From a candidate division WOR-3 bacterium (GTDB lineage Bacteria; Hydrothermota; UBA3073): 64,000 nt of DNA. Both the position numbers and the translations under genes were made by a program. Positions 47,801 through 59,800 of this stretch are shown one piece after another. The notes below the pieces were generated by a model. The model did not search any database, was not told the DNA's origin, and worked only from the letters and a program-made list of their open reading frames with translations. Numbering within the stretch: position 1 is the first letter of the stretch; each line of letters opens with the position of its first letter. The stretch is from positions 4,714 through 68,713 of the forward strand of contig JAGMCL010000119.1 in assembly GCA_023129165.1 (NCBI GenBank), in the 5' to 3' direction.

Positions 47801-50800
47801 CAATTCCTTCAACTGACCTTACAAATACCTCTACATAGAAGTAGTCAGATACTCCACCAACTCCATCCTCAATGGTTATGGTTCCTTTGTAGGTACCTGC
47901 GTAGATATCTACAGGAACATCGATTGAAACAAGCACATTCTCAGAACCACCATGAGCAAGGGTCGTTGGCGAGTAAACAGTGATAGCAGAAGCTGGGATA
48001 ATATCATCCAACTTCTCTCCTTCAGTAACCGCACCTCTCTTGGGTGGTGTCTGGAATACCAGATCTGTTGCATCCCAACCGAGGTCAGTAAGGTCTGTGT
48101 TGCCGAATGGGTCAGGGTCAGCGTTCTGAGCTTCATTTGCAGGGTTGATTAATCTGAAGTAACCCTCAAGTGTACCACCAATCTCGGCATTTGCAAAGCT
48201 CATCTTATTGCCAACAAGATCCTGCTCATTGTCAGATATATCAAGGTCATATGAGGGTTCGACAGTCACACTCATACCCAGGACATCAGAAGGATATCCA
48301 TCGTCGTCGATGACCCTCAGCATACCAGTATAGGTGCCAGCATACTGACCAGGATTGATATCAACCGTGGGTAAAACCGTAGCTGACTGACCAACATCCA
48401 ACAGATCAATCACAGCCTGGTCAACAGGAGTAGGACCGAAGAAACCGGTAGCAGCTATCTTAATGTTGCTTGCCAGTATCTTGTGTCCAAGTCCGTCTTC
48501 AAGATCTGTAACCGTGAAGCCGAGGTTGTCCAGTGGGACGTTGCCCGGCCCATCAGGATCAGGGTTGTAGCTTATATCAGGATTGACAACCGTGAAGTCT
48601 GTTAGTGTTACCGTTGTCCCATGGTCACCTGTGCCATCAGTAATATCCTCAACTATATCAACATCCTCATAACCACCGACCTGTACAATGAGGGTGAATT
48701 CATCTGATACACCGGCATCAAGGTCTTCGACTGTAACAGTGCCGACATATGCGCCGGAAATGGCATCCAGAGGTATATCAACCTCTACCACACCAACTGC
48801 AGTCTCACCAAGGAGAAGTGCGTCAGTGCCGGTAATGGTTATATCAGAAGCCATTATCCAGTAGAATGCGTTCTCGGTATGTGCAAGGTCAGTTACTGTG
48901 TAGACAATATTACCGAGGTCATCGTTACCGAATGGGTCAGCGTCAACGTTCTGATCAGTGCTTGCCGGGTTGTAGATATCGAAGTCTCCTGTAACTATTA
49001 CGGTGGGAAGGCCATTCAATACCATATCGTTTCCGAGAACATCGCCGGCATTATTAGCAATATCAATATCATAGTAGGATGGAATCTCAACCCTCACCGA
49101 AATCACATCAGAAGGATAACCGAATTCTCCCATAACTCCCATAGCTCCAATATAGGTTCCTGCATGCTGACCTGCCTCTACAAGTACCCATGGCTCAACC
49201 CATGCAGCCTCACCAAGAGGTAAGTAGGCAATAAATGCCTCGGCAATGGGTGTCGGGTCAGGATAATCGGTCGTCCTCACATAGAGCTTATCGGTATCAA
49301 TCATATGACCATCACCATCATATAGTGCAGACCCTGTGAAGCTTAGATTCCACAGGTCACCATTGGATGGTCCATCCGGGTCAGGATTGTAGCTGTCATC
49401 CGGGTTGACTACCGTAAACTGGTCAAGTGTAATAAGGTCATCGAGTCCTGCAAGTCCACCATAACCATAGGTCTCATCCTCTACAATGTCAACGTCAAGC
49501 TCTGCGCCAACAATCACAACGAGTATAAACTCATCCGTTACACCAGATACATCCGTAGCAGTAACGGTTCCAACATATGTACCTTCCTCCTGACCAACTG
49601 GCACGGATACCAAAATCGTTCCTGTTTCAGCTTCGCCAGATATCAGGCTGGATGGTGCTGAGACCATTACATCGTATGCATATATTATTGCGATTGGATT
49701 AGTCTGGTGCTGCAGGTCTGTGACCGTGTAAGTTATATCAACGAGGTCATCGTTACCGATTGGGTCTGGGTCGACGTTCTGAACCTCGCTGTTCGGGTTA
49801 TAGATATCGAAATCACCTGAGAGCAGGTCTCCAGCGTTACCATCAAGGGTGAGATAGTTCCCTATTAAATTGCCACCGTTGTTAGCAATATCGATGTCAT
49901 AGGATGAAAGCACATCGATCGATACCACTATGGCGTCAGTAGGATAACCATCATCGTCAATCACCCTGATGAATCCTACATAGGTACCTGCATGCTGCCC
50001 AGCCTGTACATCAACCGCTGGCTGGACATCCGCTGCATCACCTATGAGAAGTACATCGAGCACAGCATCGTTTGTAGGTGCCCAGAAATCGGTAACGTAG
50101 AGATAGATGTCATCAGGTGGTATAAAGTAGTCACCATTTTCAAGTCCTGATGTATTGAAGAGCAGGTTATAGAGGTCTGTATTGCCCGTGTTCTCAACCT
50201 CGAAGCTTGAAAGGTTGACCCATGAATCATGGTCACCAGAGCCAGATGTAACGGACTCAACTATGTTTACATCCTCCTCAGGACCAACGTTCACAAGCAA
50301 CTCAAACTCATCAGATACACCACCAACCACGTCAAACACCGTAATCGTTCCAGTATATACACCCTCCTCCTGAGCAGCAGGGATGTTGACCACAACAGGT
50401 ACTATCTCATTCCCACCTGTGAGAAGGGTTGCAGAACATGTGATAACCACTGAGGATGCTGGTATCGAATACAGTGGATTGTCCACATGCAGAAGATCCG
50501 TAGACGTGGCATCAACATTCAAAAGATCGGCATTACCAAAGGCATCAGGGTCAACGTTCATCGCCTCAGAATTCGGGTTGACTACAAGATAGTTGCCTGT
50601 GGGTGATGAACCAGGAAGACCGCCAATCGCCATGGTGTTGCCCACAAGATCCTGCTCATTGTCAGAAACATCAATATCATAGGAAGGATTGACAGTAAGT
50701 ACAACCGTCTGCGTAGCAATCGGATAACCATCATCATCCTTTGCAGTGATTGTTCCTGTGTAATCTCCCTCATGTGTGCCAAGAGGTACAAATACATTAA

Positions 50801-53800
50801 TATATATCGTACCACTCGTGGCACCAGGACCCAGCGTGCTGATCTCAGTGGGCTCAAACGTCACATTGTAATCGTTTATGACGTAGTCACCGTTCACAAA
50901 GTTCGTAGAAGTGAATATAATGTGGTCAAGCCAATCATTACCTATGTTCGTTACTGTGAAGTTGGTTGTCCCTACAAGACCATGGTCAGTATCGAAGTCC
51001 GCAGGATCGGTCATCGTAATACCCTCTACAGGCCCAACAATCACCTTAACATCGAAGAAGTCTCCTGTACCATCCTCACCAGGTGATGTAACAGTCACGG
51101 TTCCCTCGTATAGACCCTCAATCTGACCTAAAGGTATGTCTACCTGATAGAGGAGTGCAACTGCATCACCAGTAGCAAGGGTCATAGGCGATGGTGTTAT
51201 AGACAGATTCACAGTAGTAATATCAGGACCAGGTCCTGTAAGATCGGTCATCGTGTAGGTAAGATTCGTCAAATCAGCGTTACCATACATATCCGGGTCA
51301 ACGTTCATCCCATCTGTATTCGGGTTGATAAGTAAGAACAGCCCACTGTCTGAATTGCCAGGAAGCTCATTCAAGAAGAGTATGTTGGCTACAAGATTCT
51401 GCTCGTTATCAGAGATGTCAATATCATAGGACGGAAGCACCTCGAGTGATACTGTAATAGCATCAGAGGGAACTCCATCGTCATCAATCACCCTGATGAA
51501 CCCTGCGTAAGTGCCTGCATGCTGTCCTGCTGGCACATTAACAGCTGGCTGGGCATCTGCTGTCTCACCTATGAGAAGCACGTCGAGCACGGCATCATTC
51601 GCAGGTGCCCAGAAGTCGGTAACGTAGAGATAGATGTCATCAGGTGAAATGAAGTAATCACCGTTGATGAGTCCTGATGTATTGAACTGCAGGTTGTAGA
51701 GGTCTGCATTACCTGTATTCTCAATCTGGAAGACAGATAGGTCAACCATTATATTATGGTTGCCTGAACCGGAGGTAAGGGTCTCAACTATGTTAATATC
51801 CTCCTCTGGTCCAACCTGCACCAGCAACTCGAACTCATCGGATACACCAGCAACCACGTCAAACACCGTAATCGTACCAGCATATACACCCTCTTCCTGA
51901 CCAGCAGGTATGTTGACCACAATAGGCACTTCCTCACTTCCACCTGTGAGCAGGGTTGTAGAATATGTAACTACTACTTGGGTTGCCGATATCGAATACA
52001 GCGGATTATCTATATGCTGGAGATCCGTTGATGTAACACTAATGTTTAAAAGGTCGGTATTACCAAAGGCATCCGGGTCAACGTTCATCGCCTCAGAGTT
52101 CGGGTTGATCACAAGATAGTTACCAGTGGGTGATGAACCAGGAAGACCTGAAAGCGCCATGGCATTACCTATAAGGTTCTGCTCATTGTCAGAAATATCA
52201 ATGTCATATGAAGGTCCAACAGTAATGCTTATGGGTAAAGTTTCTAATGGATAACCATCATCGTCCTTGACTGTCACCGTCCCTGTATAGGTTGCGGCAT
52301 ATGTGCCCAGAGGGACTGCTACATAAACCTCTACATCCTCTGATGCAGTCATCGCCAGCATACCTATTGATGTGGGAACAAATGTGATATTGGAAGATGC
52401 TATGTATCTTCCTGCACCATCATCAAGATCCGTTACCTCAAAAACGATGTTGTCAAGGTCTGCATTTCCATCATTGGTCACTGTAAACGCATCTATTGCG
52501 GTTACGCCGTGGTCAACCGTCTTGTCAAGGGTTCCACTCAAGACAATAGACTCGGCAGGACCAACAATGACCATCAATGTGAAGTAGTCCATAGAGCCAT
52601 CGGCTGATGTCACTACCACCGAACCTGTGTATATACCCATCTCCTGTCCACCAGGTATTGCCACACTCAAAACCACGTTAGCAGATGCACCAGAGGCAAG
52701 GGTTGTAGGTGGACTGATAAAACTAATCTGGGTAGAAGGTATGGTATAGCTGTCGTATGTGAGGTCCGATGCAACATAGGCAAACGGACCACTCAAATCA
52801 AGGTCAGTGTTACCAAACGGGTCAGGGTCGACGTTCATCCCATCCGTGTTCGGGTTTACCAGCAGGAAGATACCACTCTTTACAGTACCGGTATCTCCAG
52901 CAAGTATCATCATATTAGCCAGAAGCATCTGTTGATTGTCAGCTATATCGAGGTCATAGTCTGGCTTCACATACAGGCTGCACAGTATCGTAGCAGATGG
53001 GAATGCATCGTCATCCTTCACCGTAATCTCACCTGTATACCATCCTGTGTATTGACCTGCCGGTGCAATAATCTTCTTGGCAACATCCACAGTGTCTTCC
53101 ATAAGTAGTTCTGTTATCTGTGGTGGCTCGAAGATTATATTCGAAGGATGGATCAGATGACCTGCATAATCCTGTAAGCTTGTTGATTCAAATATAATAC
53201 CATAGAGGTCTGCATTACCGGTGTTAATGACAGAGAAGGTATCTGTCACAAATGCACCGTGGTCAACGCTGTCAACCTCTACAGTTGGAACAACTGCAAT
53301 GCCCTCGGTAGGCCCAACATTCAAAATAAAGTCAAACCAGTCCATTAACTGATAACTCTTGGGTTCGGTTGGTATATAGTGTGCGCCTGAGAATGCACCT
53401 GTGGCACTTATGAGAATCTTGCCTGAGAAGTCATCATCGGGTTTGGTTGTCACAGGGTTGAGAGCAGTGTAGTTGGTTGCGTATGTTCCAAATGGCGTCC
53501 CTACAGGGACTACGACCTCAACCGAATACGATGCCTCCCACTGACCCATTAATAGGATATCAGGACCGAATACATATGCCTTTACGCTGTCCTGAGGATT
53601 ATACATCCTGAACAGCCAGAGGCTGTCTGGCAACGGAAGGAGGGTATCAAGGTCAGGGTCATAAATACCAACTGAATCAGCGTCCTCTGTAGTAGGTCCG
53701 TCCCATGGGTCTGCTGCTAAGTTTTGCATCCAGTCAGGGTTCACAACAGAGAAGTGACCCCATACTGTTTCACCTGGCATGGCATTCAGGGTCATATAGT

Positions 53801-56800
53801 TGTCCGCATCTATGTTCATCTCACCCTGTGCAATGTCTATATCAGGTGCAGTAACTGTGAATTTAAAGAGGAATGCATCGAATGCCTCCTGTTCAGTGGG
53901 TGGTATTGGAGTAGAATTGGCCGTTAAGGTGCCAGAATATCCCGAACCTGTCGTAATAAAGGCATCTCCACCATCATACAGAGTATTAGCATCAACGTCC
54001 TGCCACAAATACACCCAGCCATAGTACTCACCAGGCGGCAGACAGTATGGATGGACCCATACCTGGACAGAATCCCACTCACCAAGGTCGAGCGAATCTA
54101 TGAGTATCTTTGTACCATATGTACCCATATGGTTGAACCTGATTCTCCATTCAACAGAGTCTGCAGTAACAAAACCAGGACCTGAGTATGAATCAAACTG
54201 ATATGTTACAAAGACACTATCCAGAACCGTATTACCCTGCCAGTCTGGGTTACCATAGAGATCAAGGGTATCCCACTCATCCGGATAGGAGTCACTCGGT
54301 GTACCACCAGGACCCCATGGTGCTCTTGCAAACCTCGGAAGTGCGGGAAGTCCGTTTATATCATTAATGTAATTAAAGTCAGCATCTGGTTCTGTATTGG
54401 GATTCGACTTAAAGAACACACCCATAAAGCTATCTACAGGTGATGCAGATAGGGCTATTGCCATATGCATCTCGTTGTCGAATGCGCCCATTGAATCCGG
54501 GTCTGAGGAACCGACACCATCGGGAAGAAGGTCGTTGTTCAGTATATCAACCTCCCATACAGGGTCAACCTCAACCTGGAATACGATTGTATCTATCGGA
54601 TTGTTAAAGAAGGGAGCACCCTGCCAGAGAACCAGTCTACCCTCGTAAATACCAGGTATCTGTCCCCATGGTATATGCACCCTCACCCAGACCTCATCAT
54701 CTAAATCACCTATGGGTAATCCGTTGTTTGGTGGACCACCGGTAGATGTGATTATAGCAGCAGGTGCTGGGAAAGGCCCTATCTTAACACCCTCGTCAAC
54801 TCCCCAGATATCAACAGAATCAAATGGAATAATTAAAGTGTCTGGCCATAGACCTACAGGCGGTACCGTATATGTGGCTACATCAAATGCCCAGTCAAGG
54901 TCAGTACACGTCGCATAAATATCATCAAGGTTAACAGGACCAGTATTCAATATTACAAACATACCTGTTCCTGAATCTCCAGGTACAGGGTCGATAAATA
55001 AGGTATCACGTCCAGAACGCAGTGTGGTATCGGCGCCGGCCGGGAAGGGAAGTGTGAACGGTTTAATCTCGTAAGAGTCGTCGCCAAAAGGTACGGAAGC
55101 CTCACTCGGTGGGTCTAAGACACCATCGCCTAATCTTGGCTCCATTGGATTCGTATCAACAGCATCGTTCTCGCCTCCATGGTCAGAGTCAATGTCGCAG
55201 GGATTGGTCTCACCAGTACCACTATTGTCACCAGGATATATGTATGGATTGCCGGAGTAATCCCAGGAACCACTCTGGTTTACATCCTCACCAGGAGCGC
55301 CACCATCAACCAATCCATCACCATCCGTGTCATTGAATGCAGGGTCGGTCATAGAAGCAATATCCGTATCAGAGCTATGTGTAAATCCACCATTGGCACC
55401 ATTGCCTGGGTTGGCATTCCACACACCCCAGAGTTGGGGTGGAAGTGTGCCTGAAACCGGAGGAGCGGCAGGTCTTATTCCCACATGCCACTCCAGACCG
55501 TCTGAGAGAACATCACCATCACCATCCCACCATAGGACGGGTGTCTGTGCCCAGTTTACCTCCCAGGAATCCACAAGCCCATCCTCATCTGTGTCGATGT
55601 CGTTGGGGTCTGTCTCGGTCCAGCCCGGGTCGGTTGGATCCCAGACACCCCAGGTGCCAGGAGCGGGAAATCCTCCATCACCCGCTATCATACCATCCCC
55701 AAATACACCCACGGGAGTAACGATTATTGGAAGGTCCTCGCCGGTGGGACCGCCATCGGGAAGCCCATCATTGTCGGTATCCCCATCATAGGGGTTGGTG
55801 AAGGTAGCGGGAGCTCCAGCGAATGCCGCATCCCGGTCCCATGTAAAGACGCCTGCATTTGTTCCAAAAATTGGAGGAGCCCAAGGAATACCAGTTACCA
55901 CCATCACCTCTGTCCCGTCCTGGATAATATCAAAATCTGAGTCTACAAGTCTGGGGTCAGTGGTGTAGAAGTTACCACTAACACCGTAAGGTGTTGGGAA
56001 GATTGGGGGGCTAGCATTCTCCTCGCCGATCACAAAGGGCGTGGGCAAGGGTCCATACATATCATAACCTGGGGGTGCCAGTGCGCCGATGCAATAGGCA
56101 TCCTTCATTCCATCGTCGTCATAGTCCAGATCAAGCCACGCCGGAACGCCATCGAAACCTAATGTAGGACCGAAGAACGATAGCTCCACCCAGTCGGGCA
56201 GCCCGTCACCATCGGAATCCTCTGGAACCGTGGGGTCTGTCTCTTCGATACCAACTGGACCAGATGGTGGGTCCTCTAGAATCCCATTATTTGCAACACC
56301 TGTTGGTCCAAGTCCATTGTCCTCACCCGTCGATGGATAGGTGCCGGGTGCGTAGGCGATACCAAATAGTGTGCCATCACCATCAATGAGCCAGTCATTG
56401 TCTGAATCAACATCGAGGGCGTTGATGATCCCATCGCCCTCGGAATCTACATTGCCCTCATTGCCCACGTTCTCGGTTCTGCCATCGCCATCTGTATCAA
56501 CGAGAAGAGCATTGGTTCCGTACACAGTTCTCTCGTCATCATTCCATCCATCCGCATCCGAATCCGTGTCAAGGGCATTGGTAGTCCCATCACCATCTGG
56601 CTGGTCGATAGTAGCCGTTTCCCAGCCATCATAACCATCATTTACATTATCACCATCGGTGTCTATCGTGAGAGGTTCTGTCTCGCCAGCATCTACATCG
56701 CTACTGAAGTTCCAGTCCTCTCCGACACCATCAAATAGAAAGTCGTTGTCTATATCGTTATCCTTTGCACGTGCATAAGTGTCTTCGTCGGCATTGTCCG

Positions 56801-59800
56801 CTCCGACACCTATGGTATTGTCATCCCTGCCGTCTATATCTGTATCACTTCCAAGGGCGTATGTGTAAACGGGGATGAGACCATTCGCATCCTCAACATT
56901 ATCTGTCCAGCCATCATTGTCTGAATCGGTATCGAGGGCGTTCGTAGTGACATCGGCATCTGAGTCGAGAATGACCGTCTCCCATCCATCATAACCGTCG
57001 TTTACACCTTCAAGGTCTGTATCTATGGCATTGGGGTCTGTCTCTGTGGCAGCCCATAAGCCATCCTGATTTATGTCCTCAACCCAACCATTAAATAAGT
57101 TGTCATTATCCTCATCGGGCTCGAACGGGTTGGTGGTTGTTGCTCCGCCGTCCGCGTCGACAACGATGACGCCAACATTGGTCGCAAAACAACCCAGGAG
57201 TGCGATTGCGTCGGGGAAGTATTCTGTGGCAATAGGAACGCCACCAGCATATACGGTTGAGAGACCGTGTTCTGTTCCGCCCTGCACGATGTCGAAGTCT
57301 GTATCGATTAATGTCCCCTCTAAGCCCTGAGCGTATGCCATTCCATTACCTGTAAATCCGGTTATGGGGTCGTATTCACCAAACTCGCCGGGCTGCTCGC
57401 CTGCAGTATACAATCCATCTCCATTACCACCAAAGCCAACACCAGCTGCCCAGGGTGCATCGCCCCATCCATCCAGGAATCCGTCGTCTTCTGTGTCAGC
57501 GTCATTGAATAGTGTTCCAAGACAGATTTCGTGACCGTCCTTCAGCCCGTCGCCGTCGGTATCTGCGACAAGCGGCGTTCCGTCGACACAGTCCTTAATC
57601 CAGTCGTAATCCGAATCAGGATTGCGAGGATCAGTCTCATCTGTTGGATCACCCGCTGCTATGCTATCAACCTTACCATCATGGTCGGCGTCTTCATTCC
57701 CGTCGATACCACAGCCTGCAAATATTATATTACTTGAGTCTCCATCTGTATCTCTCATCAAGGGGTCTGTCCAGTGTGAGATAGAACCGGCACCAAGCGG
57801 AGACACAGCAGCCCTTTCGATATTGTCATCAAGACCATCACCATCTGTGTCTGGATTAGTCGGATCTGTCCTCTTTGGAGCCCAATTAACAATAGCACCA
57901 ACAGGAAGGACCTCGTCACCATCATACAGCCCGTCACCGTCTGTATCCTTAACTCCCACAGCAGACCCTTCAAGATCCTCCATCCCGTCGAGAAGCCGGT
58001 CACCATCTGTATCAAGTGGATTGGTGAACTGATGCATATATCCCTTACAGGGATTGAATCCATCCTGTCCACCAGATTTCCAGAATCCATCTATCTCATC
58101 CTGATCAGGCTCATTATCCGGGTCTGAACTGAGTAGAACTATATGGTCAGAATTTGCAGTAGAGTAAAATGTTGGGAATAATGTGTTGTTTGTTGCATCC
58201 CACATATAGTCAAATTGTGTAGAGGCAATTGGTATACGGAGAGTATATGTCAGGACAGAGTTAACCATAGGCTCTGCACCAGGGTTTGTTGAACCAAATA
58301 TACCAAGATGGAGTGGGTGTTTGGTTGCCCTGTACTCCTGATAATCCGTAGCCCCATCACCATCTGAGTCAAGGTCAAGGGCATTCATAACTCCATCTGC
58401 ATCAGGGTCACCATAACCCTCTACATAGTCCCAGAAGATAATAAACATTGAATCCGGGCGGGGGTCCCATCTATCACTCAGTGCCGAATCCGGGTATGTT
58501 ACACCGTCTACAAGCGAGTCATTATCCGTATCGATAAGCCTCGGGTTGGTAGCTCGGAAATCAAAACTCAGGTTAATTGCCTTTGCCTTTTTAAGACTGC
58601 CTGAACTCTGTCGAGGAATTGTGTCCTTAACTCCTGGGCTTATGAATGCACATTTAATCCAACCCATGGTGAGTTCACCAGGGATATCACCATCTGTAGT
58701 ATCGAATCCATAATCGCTATTCATATCTGTAAATCCATCGAGTAGCCCATCACCATCTGTATCAGGATTAAGTGGGTCGGATGAGAACCAGGCACCTATC
58801 CAATTGCCTAAAACATCCCTGTAACCAGCAGCTGGATTCACTGCGTTTGGAACCGGGCCCAAATCTATAAAATGGGGGAACCACTCATCGCCATCCCACA
58901 GACCGTCTCCGTCGGTATCGGGATTGTACGGGTCCGTCTCCGAGCCGCCGTTTGCCTTGGTCGTCAACTCGTAGTTATCGGGAAGCCCGTCGCCGTCGGA
59001 ATCAAGCCAACCATCCGTGGATATGGGGTCGAGCGGGTCTTCCATACCGTAACCATCGTGGTCGGCTCCATACACCTCAACATAATTTATGCCATTTAAG
59101 GGAGGTGAATATCCAACGCCCAATACCCAGGTTGGATAGTCCTCGACCAGTCCCTCATAGATGGGATAAGTTACTAAGTCGTTCGCTGTGAAGGAATCGC
59201 CATCTGTATTTTTACTGAGGGGGTTTGTGCCGTAGGAGAGTTCGGCACCGTCGTTGATACCATCGCCATCTGTATCAATAAGAGCGGGGTTAGTCCTCTC
59301 GAAATTGCCTGCACCTGAACCATTGTTCAAATCGAGGTCATTACCCGCCTCAAATCCATCGGAGAGACCATCTCCATCGGTATCAAAAAGTATTGAACTC
59401 GTCCCAAAGATGGACTCATTGGGAGTAGTCCCATCAGCATAAGTCCAGCCCGGGTTGTATGAGCCGTCGAATAGTCCATCATTGTCAGAATCTATATCCC
59501 TGATGTCGGGAATACCATCACTATCTGTATCCTGAATGATAGTGGGTGAACCCTCCGTGGCATCCAAAAGTCCGTCGCCGTCGGAATCGAGTGAGAGAGG
59601 ATTCGCACCCACTGCGAGCTCTGCTGCATCCCCGAAACCGTCGCCGTCGGTATCCACGAGGGTTGGGTCGCACCTCTGGAAAGTGGCGGGAGTTGCCGAC
59701 CCATCGGTCAAATCGAGGTCGTTACCTGCCTCCCAACCGTCGGTGAGACCATCACCATCGGTATCCGAGAGCCTCCAGTCAGAGGCAAATGCACTTCCAA

